Notes: a model not told the origin generated them from the sequence alone. A stretch of DNA of 53,072 bases from Chitinophagaceae bacterium (GCA_036676725.1 JAKFCI010000209.1:1-53072), one strand, 5' to 3'. Positions 27,006-37,846 are shown, counted from the first letter of the stretch. Translations and numbers: made by a program.

Positions 27006-27638
27006 ATGCAACACATTAAAAATATATTTTGCCTGCTGTTGATTGCTTCTGTTTCCTTATTTGGCACAACACTCAATCAAAAAGAAAAACCTTCATTCAA
27101 TTGGAAACCACCAATTAAATGGATTGTAGAAAAATCCAGTACGCTTCGCATAAGTGGCAAATCAAACGTAAATGCGTTTTCGTGTAGCATAATTAAATAT
27201 AATGGCACAGATACCATTTATTGTAGTGAGGATGGAGAACGCAAAACAGTAAGATTGAACGGCGGCCTTGAAATAGATGTTTTTGAATTTGATTGCAAAA
27301 AACAACTCATTACAAAAGACCTAAGAAAGACATTGAAAGAAAAACAATATCCTAAATTGTTCATTAGCTTTTTAACCCTGGAAAGTTTGCCATCTATAAA
27401 AAATAAAACCCAGAATATAAAAGGATGGGTAGAAGTTGAATTGGCCGGTGTGCGCAGATGTTTTCAAATACCATTTGAATTCAGCAACCATGATGGAAAT
27501 TCTTTTGTATTGAATGGTAAAAAAGTTTTTTGCTTCTCTGATTTCAAGTTGTCCGCTCCGCAAAAATTAGGTGGAGCCATCCAGGTAAAGGATGAATTTA
27601 TTGTAGATTTTGGATTGAAAATGAGATCAATCAAATAA
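27006..27638 (+). CDS. Second YceI-like protein
   Basis: S.L.I.GKSNVN.F.C, FDC..ITKDL..TL, ELAGV and FSDF.L..P motifs. Confidence 0.8.
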   Translation: MQHIKNIFCLLLIASVSLFGTTLNQKEKPSFNWKPPIKWIVEKSSTLRISGKSNVNAFSCSIIKYNGTDTIYCSEDGERKTVRLNGGLEIDVFEFDCKKQLITKDLRKTLKEKQYPKLFISFLTLESLPSIKNKTQNIKGWVEVELAGVRRCFQIPFEFSNHDGNSFVLNGKKVFCFSDFKLSAPQKLGGAIQVKDEFIVDFGLKMRSIK

Positions 27639-27659
27639 TTGATATTCCAACTGTTTTTT

Positions 27660-29066
27660 TTATTTCCTATAATAAAACTCAAGTATCTTTTTCCTTAACA
27701 AGTAATCATATTGCGTTGAAACAAGATTAATATGAGCCCGGTCAACATTATCCTTGGCAATCATATAATCAACGGTAGTACCAACGCCTGCATTAAACCT
27801 TACTTCAGCGGCGCGAAATGATTCTGCATAGGCAGCAACTTGCTCGAGCAAAATTTTATACCGGCTCCAGGCGTTATTCATGTTCAAATAGGCCTGCTCT
27901 ATTTCCTGACGCAAAGCGATCTTTACGTTTTGAAATTGCAATCCAGCGTTTTTAGATTGAATGGTGGCAAGCTTCACCCTATTTCTTGAAGCTAAAGAAT
28001 TAAAAATTGGCAAGCGAAGGCTTATGCCAACATTCGAAAAAACATTATTCTTTAATTGGTCACTATAATTAATTTTTTCGGTTCTAAAATTTTTTTGAGA
28101 AACATACACGGGTTGCTTACTTCCATTAAACATTACATAACCAGGTGTTGGTTCCTCGGTGATGTTCGTAAAAACTTCTTGTGAAGCGGCACTGGAAAAA
28201 TTTGAATTTAGATTACCGCGTAATGCCAGCGTTGGGTACAATAATCCTTTTGATACCTTAACAGCTGCATCAGCACTTTTTACTCTCAATTCCGCTGCCT
28301 TCACCAACGCCAGTTCGTTCGTTGCTTTATTATAAACTTCATCAACTGTAAATGGAAAAGGTTGTAATAGTTCTTCGCCGCTAACCTTCTCTAGTTGAAT
28401 GTTAGGATCGAATGCAATATTCATTAATTGACTTAACGAGAGTTTGGAAGAAGCTACAGAATTTTGTGCGGTTACAAGATTTAACTCTGCTTCTTTAAGT
28501 TGGCCTTTTAGATCAAAAACCTGTGGTGGATCAATGGCACCCTCTTTATTTAATTTTTCAAGCCTGTCCAATTGAACCTGCGTAACTGCTACTTGTTTCT
28601 TTGCTAACGCTACCTGGTCATCATTACTTAAAACCTGCAAATAAGCTAGAATTACTGCCAGCGTTAAATTGTCTTTTGTTTGCTGCAGGTCCATTTTAGC
28701 CGCATCAAATAAAAACATGTTTTGTTTGATGGCATTTTGTAATGTCAAGCCGTTGAATAAAACAATATCACTTCCCAGCGAGTAATTGGCATAATTTATT
28801 TTTTGATTAACATAGGAATTGGTGAAAGGATCTATACTACGCCCCCGGTTCATTCCATGAGCAATTTCACCATTAACGGTAGGCAACAAATTTGTTTTTG
28901 ACTGGCTGTGATTTACGGAGGCAGTTTCAACTTGCAGGGTACTTTGTGCTACATCGATATTATTTTTTATAGCGATGGCAATACTTTCATTTAAGCTTAA
29001 TATTTTTTGTGCCTTTAATGATAGAGAAATTAAAAATATAAAAGCGAAAGCCGTACCTCGAACCAT
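27660..29066 (-). CDS. TolC family outer-membrane efflux protein
   Basis: LSL.E.I..A..NN, P.F.....R and RFNAG.....DY motifs; last gene of the exporter operon. Confidence 0.92.
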   Translation of the reverse strand: MVRGTAFAFIFLISLSLKAQKILSLNESIAIAIKNNIDVAQSTLQVETASVNHSQSKTNLLPTVNGEIAHGMNRGRSIDPFTNSYVNQKINYANYSLGSDIVLFNGLTLQNAIKQNMFLFDAAKMDLQQTKDNLTLAVILAYLQVLSNDDQVALAKKQVAVTQVQLDRLEKLNKEGAIDPPQVFDLKGQLKEAELNLVTAQNSVASSKLSLSQLMNIAFDPNIQLEKVSGEELLQPFPFTVDEVYNKATNELALVKAAELRVKSADAAVKVSKGLLYPTLALRGNLNSNFSSAASQEVFTNITEEPTPGYVMFNGSKQPVYVSQKNFRTEKINYSDQLKNNVFSNVGISLRLPIFNSLASRNRVKLATIQSKNAGLQFQNVKIALRQEIEQAYLNMNNAWSRYKILLEQVAAYAESFRAAEVRFNAGVGTTVDYMIAKDNVDRAHINLVSTQYDYLLRKKILEFYYRK

Positions 29067-29141
29067 GACAAATTATTTTTTATGAATAGTTGGAATGCAT
29101 CCATCAACCTACTGAATAAGTCAATTTCTTTAACCTGAGGA

Positions 29142-31562
29142 TTATTCCGTTCTTAAATTATTTACAGGATTTGCTGTTGCTGCTTTTATCGATTGAAAAC
29201 TAACTGTAAGCAAGGCTATCAGCAAAACCGACACGCCGGCAATTATAAAAACCCACCAACTGATATTGATTCTATATTCATAATCTTCCAGCCATTTATT
29301 CATAGCCCACCATGCAATAGGGAAAGCAATTAGCGAAGCGATAAGAACCGGGCGTAAAAATGTTTTGGACAACATTGCGACTATGCTGAGTACACTTGCA
29401 CCAAGCACTTTGCGAATACCAATTTCTTTTATTCTCTGTTCGGCGCTAAAAACAGCTAAACCAAACAAGCCTAGACAACCAACAAAAATTGCCATCACCG
29501 TAAATATCCAAAGTAAGGTGCTTAATTTGTCTTCTGCACGGTACATAGCTGCAAAGTTTTCATCAAGAAATTTATAATCTAAAGGATAGTCAGGAGAAAA
29601 TTTATTCCACGTTTCTTTTATATCATTAATTGTTGCAGGCAAATCAACCGGCTTTACTTTAATTGCCATTTTTGCCAGCACCGATGGATATATCTGTAAA
29701 ACCGTAGGTTGTATTTTTTCATGGAAACTTTTTACATGAAAATCTTTCACTACGCCAATAACCTGCCCTATCTTTTGAGGGTTTAAGGAATCGCCGTTCC
29801 ATTGGTTCCATTTGAGCTTTTGCCCAATTGCCGCTTGTGGTGTACCGAAACCAAATGACTTAACTGCAGTTTCATTCAGTATAAATGCTTCAGAAGTATC
29901 GGTAGCAAATTTTTTTGAAAAATCTCTCCCGGCTATCACCTGTGCACCCATCGTTTTTATATAATCATGATCAACTATTAATTGAATAGTGGTATGTTCC
30001 TTATCTCCGTCCTTACCGGGAATAATGATTCCATCAGTAGCCAATTGATCGCCTGGCAAGCCATAGCCGCCGGTTACAGAGATAATGCCATTGGAACGTT
30101 TTAATTCTTCTTTAAAAACTTCAGGTTTTTCTGCCACACCACCCCTTACATCAAAATAAATAATTTGGTCTTTATTAAAACCCAATTCCTTTTCATGTAA
30201 ATATTTCATTTGCTGAAACACAATACTTGTACATACAATAAGCAATACAGATAATGCAAATTGCACAATCACCAATACTTGGCGTAATGTTGCCGAAGAA
30301 CTGCCGGCTCCTGTAGGTTTTAAACCTTTCAATACACGAATTGGTTGAAAAGAAGACATCATTAAAGCTGGATAAAGGCCAGAGACCACACCAATAACCA
30401 ATGCAATAGCTAGAATAAATAGCGCCAAAATTGGATTTGAAAAAAGATCGAAAGAAATAAATTTCCCGGTAAAAGAATTAAGTGCGGGCAAGATTAAATA
30501 GGTTGCTGCAATTGAAATGATAACGGCTATCAAAGAAAGTAAAGTGGATTCTCCAATAAATTGAAAGATCAATTGCTTTCTGTCTGCACCAATTACTTTA
30601 CGAACGCCAATTTCTTTTGCCCTGCGAAAAGAGCGGGCTGTAGAAAGATTAATGAAATTGAAACAAGCAATGAGAAGCACAAAAATGGCAATGATCGTAA
30701 GCCCTTTAACATACGTAGCATTACCCCTTTTTGCATTGTCGTATTCGAAATTTGCAGATTGCAAGTGGATGTCATGCAACTTTTGAAAGTTTGGCAAATA
30801 AGTAGACCCTGATACTTGCATCTGCGGGTGTGCCTCTTTTTTAACGGCCTCGGTAAATTTGCTTTTTAGATGTTCCATGTTAGTGCCATCCTTAACTTTT
30901 AAATAAGTAAAGAATTGTTGCCAGGTCCATCTATTCATCCGATCGGCAGGTAAACCGGCTGCAGCCAGGGGAAGCATGTAAGCCATTTCAAGATGAAAAT
31001 GTTCCGGGACTTTTTGCAGTACACCGGTTACAATAAAATCACTTTTATCCAGTTTAATGGTTTTACCAATGGCTTCTTCATTGCCGAAGAATTTTTTCGC
31101 AGTTTCCTCTGCAAGCACTACTGATGTAGAACCATTAAGTGCCGTATTAGGATCGCCTTGTGAAAACTTTAATGGAAATATGCTGAAAAAAGTAGAATCA
31201 GTAAATATGCCTTTATCCTGGTATTCTCTTTTTTCACCAACCTCCATCAGCATTTTTCCATCCCACATCATTAGGCGAACAACTTGTTCTACTTCAGGAT
31301 AATTTTGTTTTAAATATGTTGCAGCAACTGGTGGCGTATTTGCAGATGGTGAAGTGCCTGTATTAGTTGTCCTGTCTAAAATAATGCGGTAAATATTGTC
31401 GCCATCTTTTACAAATTTATCATATTGATTTTCATCCCAAACAAATAAGCCAATAAGCAAACACCCGGTAAGGCCAATAGCTAGCCCTAAAATATTTATA
31501 ATGCTAAACCCTTTATATCGACCAATATTTCGGATGGCAACTTTTAAATAGTTTCTAAACAT
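29142..31562 (-). CDS. MacB/FtsX-type ABC permease, duplicated
   Basis: MFRNYLKVAIRN start, two KEIG.RKV.GA motifs and ANPV..LR.E end. Confidence 0.93.
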   Translation of the reverse strand: MFRNYLKVAIRNIGRYKGFSIINILGLAIGLTGCLLIGLFVWDENQYDKFVKDGDNIYRIILDRTTNTGTSPSANTPPVAATYLKQNYPEVEQVVRLMMWDGKMLMEVGEKREYQDKGIFTDSTFFSIFPLKFSQGDPNTALNGSTSVVLAEETAKKFFGNEEAIGKTIKLDKSDFIVTGVLQKVPEHFHLEMAYMLPLAAAGLPADRMNRWTWQQFFTYLKVKDGTNMEHLKSKFTEAVKKEAHPQMQVSGSTYLPNFQKLHDIHLQSANFEYDNAKRGNATYVKGLTIIAIFVLLIACFNFINLSTARSFRRAKEIGVRKVIGADRKQLIFQFIGESTLLSLIAVIISIAATYLILPALNSFTGKFISFDLFSNPILALFILAIALVIGVVSGLYPALMMSSFQPIRVLKGLKPTGAGSSSATLRQVLVIVQFALSVLLIVCTSIVFQQMKYLHEKELGFNKDQIIYFDVRGGVAEKPEVFKEELKRSNGIISVTGGYGLPGDQLATDGIIIPGKDGDKEHTTIQLIVDHDYIKTMGAQVIAGRDFSKKFATDTSEAFILNETAVKSFGFGTPQAAIGQKLKWNQWNGDSLNPQKIGQVIGVVKDFHVKSFHEKIQPTVLQIYPSVLAKMAIKVKPVDLPATINDIKETWNKFSPDYPLDYKFLDENFAAMYRAEDKLSTLLWIFTVMAIFVGCLGLFGLAVFSAEQRIKEIGIRKVLGASVLSIVAMLSKTFLRPVLIASLIAFPIAWWAMNKWLEDYEYRINISWWVFIIAGVSVLLIALLTVSFQSIKAATANPVNNLRTE

Positions 31563-31679
31563 ATAATTGATTAATTCTGTTCGATAATATTTGCTCGTTT
31601 TGCAATAACTGAACGTATTTCAACTTAATTATTCATAGGCCCGGGAACGTTGAAAGACCTTGCTGCTACATGAACAGGC

Positions 31680-31701
31680 GTACAAGAGTGCGACGCAACA
31701 T
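31680..31701 (+). repeat. Short dispersed intergenic element (related copy at 32525-32545)
   Basis: GTACAAGAGTGCGACGCAACAT versus GTACAAAAGTGAAGGCAGCAT. Confidence 0.35.
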
Positions 31702-31722
31702 AAGCCTGGGATTATTCTTTGC

Positions 31723-32400
31723 TTAGACCATAATATTTTCTAAAACAGTTTGTCCATCCAACATGCGAATGACCCTGTGGCTGTAACGGGCATCATGCTC
31801 GGAATGTGTTACCATTACAATAGTCGTTCCTTGCTCATTCAGGTCTGTAAGTAATTGCATTACTTCGTTACCATTTGATGAATCGAGGTTACCTGTAGGT
31901 TCATCGGCTAATATCAGTTTTGGATTATTTACCACTGCACGTGCCACTGCAACCCTTTGTTGCTGACCACCTGAAAGCTGTTGTGGGTAATGGTTTCGGC
32001 GGTGCATAATTTTTATCTTATCCAGTACTTCCTCAACCTTTTGTTTTCTTTCAGCGGTTTTCATACCAAGATAAATAAGCGGCAATTCAACATTTTCAAA
32101 AACCGTTAATTCGTCAATCAGGTTAAAACTTTGAAATACAAAACCAATATTTCTTTTGCGCAGGTCGGCTCTTTTTCTTTCATTGAAATCAACAACTTCA
32201 ATTCCATTAAAAAGGAAACTGCCTCCATCCGGGTCATCCAGCAATCCGAGAATATTAAGTAAGGTGGATTTGCCACAGCCAGAGGGACCCATTACTGCTA
32301 CAAATTCTCCATTTTTAACTTCTAAAGAAAGTTTGTTGAGTGCAATGGTTTCAACATCTTCAGTTCTGTAATATTTTTCGAGGTTTGCAATTTTGATCAT
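31723..32400 (-). CDS. ABC ATPase (MacB/LolD type)
   Basis: GPSGCGKS, LSGGQQQR and ADEPTGNLD motifs. Confidence 0.95.
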   Translation of the reverse strand: MIKIANLEKYYRTEDVETIALNKLSLEVKNGEFVAVMGPSGCGKSTLLNILGLLDDPDGGSFLFNGIEVVDFNERKRADLRKRNIGFVFQSFNLIDELTVFENVELPLIYLGMKTAERKQKVEEVLDKIKIMHRRNHYPQQLSGGQQQRVAVARAVVNNPKLILADEPTGNLDSSNGNEVMQLLTDLNEQGTTIVMVTHSEHDARYSHRVIRMLDGQTVLENIMV

Positions 32401-32576
32401 GGTTGATTTTTTGTGCAGTTAAAATTTTATAAAAAACAAGGGACTTAATGTGTCTGTTCTAGGCAAATCGTTAGCGCAGGAATTTGAATTCTTTTCTGCA
32501 GTATTAGATGAAATAAATTTCGTTGTACAAAAGTGAAGGCAGCATACAAATAAAATTAATACAGTGGTTTTCATGT

Positions 32577-33842
32577 TTATTTTTTTAAAATCAATTCCTG
32601 CATATTTCCGTAATTCTCGTAACTGGAAGTAACTACTTTATCGCCTGGTTGCAATCCTGAAACGACCTCGTAATAGTCCGGATTTTGGCGACCGAGCTGC
32701 ACATCTACTTTATAAGCTTTTGTATCGTCTTCATTTAATTTGAAAATCCAGTTACCACCTGTTTGTTGAAAAAATCCACCTTTGGCAACAAGTACAGCTT
32801 GTGTTTCCTCGCTGAGGGATAAACGAATTTGTAAACTTTGCCCGCGGCGTATTCCCTGGGGAACCGCATCTACAAATTCCATATCAACCTGGAAACGACC
32901 GTTGTTTACTTGTGTGTAAACTTTCTTTATGCGTAACCTAATGTTTTTACCAGCAAAGGATGTCTCGCCTATCTGCCCAATCATTATCCTTGAAATATAA
33001 TGTTCATCAACATCTACCCGAACTTTAAATCCACTCATTACATCAATCTGGCCAAGGCGTTCTCCTTTATTTTTCGATTGGCCAATTTCTGCATCAAGCG
33101 ATGTTAATTGTCCATCAACCGGCGCCCGTACAACCAGGTCTCCTACTTTTCGACGCATCAACGAAAGGGCATTTTGCATGCGTGAATAGGAAGCTCCCAT
33201 TTGGCCAATTTGCTGTTTATTTGAAATTGCATCCTGGCTTAATGTTTTATCATTTAATTTTTTTCGATTTACCTGGTAGTTGTACGTATTTTCAGATGCT
33301 TTGAACTCCTGCCCTCCAATTACCTTTTCTTCGTACAAATGTTTGTTCAACTTATAAACTCTTTCCGCTTCTGCCAGCGCATTTTCAACTTCTGCTTTTT
33401 GGTTTAACTGTTGAATGGTATTTTGTACTGCGTTATTTTTTGTGTTTTGCATTTGGGTTAAAACGTCAAATACGGCAGTTTCCTGGTTGGCAAGACTCAA
33501 TTCAAGATCTGTATTAGAAAGGCGTAAAATCGGTTGTCCTTTTTTTACAAATGCACCATCTTCCACGAGTTTTTCTTCAACCCTTCCCCCTTCTATAGCA
33601 TCAAGATAAATAGTTGTTATTGGCATTACAACGCCATTTACCGGTATAAATTCCTGGAAAGAAGATTTTTTAACCTCGCTGATGGTGATGCGTTCTAAAT
33701 CAACTTTCAACCGACTTTTGCCTGAACTATAATACCAGCTTGCTGTAATTAATAATATTAATGCGGCAATACCCGAATAAGTTAGAATCCGTTTTTGGGT
33801 CCAGGTTTTTTTTTCGATTTTTCTATCCACGATGAAATTCAA
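32577..33842 (-). CDS. Periplasmic adaptor (MacA/HlyD type)
   Basis: N-terminal TM, lipoyl halves, coiled hairpin and GLQPGDKV. Exact start uncertain. Confidence 0.9.
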   Translation of the reverse strand: MNFIVDRKIEKKTWTQKRILTYSGIAALILLITASWYYSSGKSRLKVDLERITISEVKKSSFQEFIPVNGVVMPITTIYLDAIEGGRVEEKLVEDGAFVKKGQPILRLSNTDLELSLANQETAVFDVLTQMQNTKNNAVQNTIQQLNQKAEVENALAEAERVYKLNKHLYEEKVIGGQEFKASENTYNYQVNRKKLNDKTLSQDAISNKQQIGQMGASYSRMQNALSLMRRKVGDLVVRAPVDGQLTSLDAEIGQSKNKGERLGQIDVMSGFKVRVDVDEHYISRIMIGQIGETSFAGKNIRLRIKKVYTQVNNGRFQVDMEFVDAVPQGIRRGQSLQIRLSLSEETQAVLVAKGGFFQQTGGNWIFKLNEDDTKAYKVDVQLGRQNPDYYEVVSGLQPGDKVVTSSYENYGNMQELILKK

Positions 33843-33890
33843 TTTTTAAATTCTTCATTAAAAGTTTACTTAGAAGAACACGAACACCTA

Positions 33891-33998
33891 CTTGCACAAT
33901 GGTGCCAATAATTAAGAATGTTCATTTTCAATTACTTAAGATAAAACCAATGTACGAAACTGTTCGTTATCGTACACAAACTGTATCAAAACCGAACA
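33891..33998 (-). promoter_or_regulatory. Sigma54-like promoter and two enhancer-like palindromes
   Basis: TGGCACCATTGTGCA on the minus strand (GG-GC spacing 9, not the canonical 10). TGTTCG-N4-CGTACA at 33961-33976 and TGT-N11-ACA at 33982-33998. Confidence 0.5.
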
Positions 33999-34095
33999 CT
34001 ATTTTTAGCACCAGGAATAAACTAAAAAATTCAGTTTCAACCGTTTGCAATTACGGTATAGTTGTAGTTTAGCAGCATTAACCCATTAAACGAAT

Positions 34096-35451
34096 ATGTC
34101 ATTAAAAAATGCTTCTGTTTTAATTATTGATGATGATGTTGACGTACTAACGGCTGTTCGTTTGCTATTGAAACAGGAAGTAAAAGAAGTTGTAACAGAA
34201 AAAAATCCTGAAAACATTCGAAGCATTCTTGCAAAAAAATCATTTGATGTTATCATGCTCGATATGAATTACAACAGTTCTATCAACACCGGTAACGAAG
34301 GATTTTATTGGTTGAATAAAATTAAGACCTGGGGCACTAATGCATCTGTAATCATGATTACTGCGTATGGTGATATTGATCTTGCCATTCGCTCACTAAA
34401 AGAAGGTGCTTTTGATTTTATGGTAAAGCCCTGGCACAACGATAAATTACTCGCCACCATAAAAACGGCAATAAAAAATAAAAATATTCGTCCTGCAGAT
34501 TTGATGAACTCATTGAATAGTGGCGTAACAAATGAATTGCTGGGGGAATCGGAACCGATGCAGGAAATTTTTTATAAAATACAAAAGGTAGCGCCTACCG
34601 ATGCCAACATTTTAATATTGGGCGAGAATGGTACAGGCAAGGATTTGATTGCAAAAGCCATTCACCAACATTCTTTAAGAGCCCAAAAACCATATATTAA
34701 AGTTGATGTAGGGGCTTTAACGGAAAGCCTATTTGAAAGCGAATTATTCGGGCATAAGAAAGGTGCATTTACCGATGCACGTGAAGACCGTGAAGGCCGT
34801 TTTGAAGCTGCAAATGGCGGAACAGTTTTCCTCGACGAGATAGGTAATATTTCTTTGTACCAACAAGCAAAACTTCTTTCTGTTTTGCAAAACCGGCAGG
34901 TTACGATGCTGGGTTCTAACACCAGCGTTCCTATTGATATTCGTTTGGTTTGTGCTACAAATGTTCCAATGTCGGAACTTGCAAACGAAGCAAGGTTTAG
35001 AAAAGATTTGATTTACAGGATCAATACAGTTGAAATTATTGTGCCGCCATTACGCAAGAGAGGAATGGATATAATATTGCTTGCCAAACATTTCAGTAAA
35101 ATTTATAGTAACAAGTATTTAAAACCTAACCTGGAATTTGACAAAGAAGCAATTGAAAAATTGTTGAATTATCATTTTCCTGGTAATGTACGAGAATTAC
35201 AATATGCTATTGAGCGTGCTGTTATCATGTCGGATGGGGCAGAATTAAAATCAAAGGACATAATATTTTCGCCAATTGAATCAATCATAAATGAGGAAGA
35301 AAAAATCACTAGCACAAATTTAGGCGCCATAGAAAAAAATACAATTTTAAAAGTAATTGAGAAACATGGCGGGAATATATCAAAAGCTGCGAAAGAGTTA
35401 GGAATTACACGCACTGCCTTATACCGCAGGCTGAATAAATATGATATTTAG
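34096..35451 (+). CDS. Sigma54-dependent NtrC-family response regulator
   Basis: REC domain, GENGTGK, ESELFGH..GAFTDA, FPGNVREL and a Fis-type HTH. Confidence 0.95.
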   Translation: MSLKNASVLIIDDDVDVLTAVRLLLKQEVKEVVTEKNPENIRSILAKKSFDVIMLDMNYNSSINTGNEGFYWLNKIKTWGTNASVIMITAYGDIDLAIRSLKEGAFDFMVKPWHNDKLLATIKTAIKNKNIRPADLMNSLNSGVTNELLGESEPMQEIFYKIQKVAPTDANILILGENGTGKDLIAKAIHQHSLRAQKPYIKVDVGALTESLFESELFGHKKGAFTDAREDREGRFEAANGGTVFLDEIGNISLYQQAKLLSVLQNRQVTMLGSNTSVPIDIRLVCATNVPMSELANEARFRKDLIYRINTVEIIVPPLRKRGMDIILLAKHFSKIYSNKYLKPNLEFDKEAIEKLLNYHFPGNVRELQYAIERAVIMSDGAELKSKDIIFSPIESIINEEEKITSTNLGAIEKNTILKVIEKHGGNISKAAKELGITRTALYRRLNKYDI

Positions 35452-35483
35452 CCTGATAAATTTCTAAAAAAAGAGCACAAAAA

Positions 35484-36833
35484 ATGATGGCTTTTAAAAA
35501 ATATGAATGGTGGATCATAATCCGTGTGCTTATACTCTTTACAGCTCTTTTTATTACCTCTTTTGTCATATTACAACAAGCATATGTATACCTGTTGTTT
35601 TTAACGCCGTTTTTAATATACCTGGTCATCGAATTCATAAGATTTCAACGCAAAGCGCAAAAAGAATTAACGCAGTTTGTAGAAGCAGTTCATTACCGCG
35701 ACTTTACTACACACTTTGATGTAAAGCACGCCCCAGCTGAATTACAGCCATTACGAGAAGGATTTAACGAAATCAATAGCGCCTTTAAGGTAATAAGTAA
35801 GGAAAAAGAAACGCAATATCAATACCTGCAGAAAATATTAGAACTTGTTGACACAGGAATTCTTTCATACGAAGTAGAAACTGGTGTTGTGGTTTGGATG
35901 AATGAATCGTTGAAAAAAATGTTGCATCTACCTTATTTAAAAAGCATTCAAGTTTTGGAAAAAAGGGATGCAGAATTACATACAGAAATAATTAAACTGC
36001 AACCAGGTGAGCATAAGATTACCAAAGCACATTTGGAAAAAGAAACCTTTCGGTTATTACTTTCTGCAACTGCTTTTCAAACGGAAGGAAAAAAATACAA
36101 ACTTGTTGCTTTTCAAAATGTGAGCGAAGCACTTGATGAAACAGAATCAAAAGCATGGCAAAGGCTTTTAGGTGTAATGACGCATGAAATCATGAATTCA
36201 ATTGCACCCATTGCCTCTTTAGCTGAAACATTAAAAGTGCGCCTTCATGAACACAGTAATTCAATGGCAGGCAAAGACAATTCCCTGGAAGATCTTGAAC
36301 TGGGAATAGATACAATTAAACGCAGAAGTGAAGGACTTTTAAAATTTGCAGAAACTTATCGAAACTTAAATAAGATCACTACGCTGAACTTACAAAAGGT
36401 TTATTTAAGAGACTTGTTTGAGAACCTGCACCAATTAATGCAACCCACATTTGAACAGAAAGGGATTGAGGTGGAAATTATTTTACGTAATCCTGAATTA
36501 TCGCTGGAAGCTGACCCTAGCTTATTGGAACAGGTTTTAATTAACCTTGTTGTAAATGCAATTGAAACAGTAAAAGATAAAGAGTTTGCCAAAATTATTT
36601 TATCCGCTGATCAAAATACCGGTGGAAAAACAATAGTAAAAATTGGCGACAATGGTCAAGGCATGCCGGAAGAATTGATGGACAAAATTTTTATTCCATT
36701 CTTTACCACGAAGAAAAATGGTAGCGGAATTGGACTTAGTCTCTGCAAGCAAATTATCATGTTGCATAAAGGCACTATCCAGGTTCAATCTGTCGAAGGA
36801 AAGGGGACGATCTTTTCTATGCAATTTGGATAA
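35484..36833 (+). CDS. Sensor histidine kinase (NtrY-like)
   Basis: Two TMs, THEIMNS, N-box, DNGQG and GSGIGL motifs. Confidence 0.93.
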   Translation: MMAFKKYEWWIIIRVLILFTALFITSFVILQQAYVYLLFLTPFLIYLVIEFIRFQRKAQKELTQFVEAVHYRDFTTHFDVKHAPAELQPLREGFNEINSAFKVISKEKETQYQYLQKILELVDTGILSYEVETGVVVWMNESLKKMLHLPYLKSIQVLEKRDAELHTEIIKLQPGEHKITKAHLEKETFRLLLSATAFQTEGKKYKLVAFQNVSEALDETESKAWQRLLGVMTHEIMNSIAPIASLAETLKVRLHEHSNSMAGKDNSLEDLELGIDTIKRRSEGLLKFAETYRNLNKITTLNLQKVYLRDLFENLHQLMQPTFEQKGIEVEIILRNPELSLEADPSLLEQVLINLVVNAIETVKDKEFAKIILSADQNTGGKTIVKIGDNGQGMPEELMDKIFIPFFTTKKNGSGIGLSLCKQIIMLHKGTIQVQSVEGKGTIFSMQFG

Positions 36834-36869
36834 AAAAAGTGTTGCTATTTTTCTTTAAAAACAACAGTC

Positions 36870-37766
36870 CTAAACAATCGTCTTAAGAATTTTAAGTCCT
36901 TTATTTTTTACTACAAGCCAGGTGCTCGCTGCGCCGATTAAAGCAGCATCTTCATTCAATATTGATCTTTTAAGACTAACATTTAGTCCTTCAGCAAGCA
37001 ATTGTTTTTGTAATAACGGAAAAAAATCAGCGCAAGCATTTGAGATATTTCCTCCAAACAAAATGCCTTGTACCTGGTACGCTTTTATTTGTGGAATTAA
37101 AAAAAGCTTCAAATTATTACTGAATTCAAAAAATATTTTTTTTCTATCGGCATACGACGCCATTTCTAAAAGCTCTTTTACACCTGAAACAGTTATGCCA
37201 CTGAGTTGATAATATTTTTTGACAAACCACCTTGTTGAAATATAATCTTCTGCAATGCCATCTTTAAAAATCGAATTCCATAAATCTGCATCGACTGCTT
37301 CGCCATCTTTACACAACGCTGATCCTAACCCCGTACCTAATGTAAGACCTAGAACTGAATGAAACTGGTTAACTGAACCTGCATAAACTTCACCTTGTAA
37401 AAAAGCAGCAGCATCATTGATAAATTTTATACTACCAGGAGGAATACCTAAGCGTATGGATAATGCATCTTTGATGTTTAATTGATAAAGAGCCGTGAAT
37501 TTTTCCTGGTCTGTAATTAATGAAATCCCTGCTTCATAATCAAATGGACCCGGCATGGCAATTCCAATCTTATAGGAATCAGCAGAAGCTTTTCTTGCTG
37601 TCTGTGTAATTGCGTCACACCAATCTTCAAATATTACTTCAGAAGATGCTTGGGCATTAACAGTCTTTCTTATAGCTGTATCCTTTAATATGGATTTAGC
37701 TTGGGGATCAACAACAGCAGTCGTAATATGAGAACCACCAATATCAACACCAATAACTATGGACAT
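36870..37766 (-). CDS. ROK family kinase, end of the PUL
   Basis: GVDIGGSH, MPGPFDY, NDAAAF and TLGTGLGS motifs. Confidence 0.9.
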   Translation of the reverse strand: MSIVIGVDIGGSHITTAVVDPQAKSILKDTAIRKTVNAQASSEVIFEDWCDAITQTARKASADSYKIGIAMPGPFDYEAGISLITDQEKFTALYQLNIKDALSIRLGIPPGSIKFINDAAAFLQGEVYAGSVNQFHSVLGLTLGTGLGSALCKDGEAVDADLWNSIFKDGIAEDYISTRWFVKKYYQLSGITVSGVKELLEMASYADRKKIFFEFSNNLKLFLIPQIKAYQVQGILFGGNISNACADFFPLLQKQLLAEGLNVSLKRSILNEDAALIGAASTWLVVKNKGLKILKTIV

Positions 37767-37846
37767 TGCTGTAAACTATTTTTATACATTTAAAATCATT
37801 ATTGCTTTAATCAAAAGATTTGAGGAAAACAATTTGTCAAACTACT

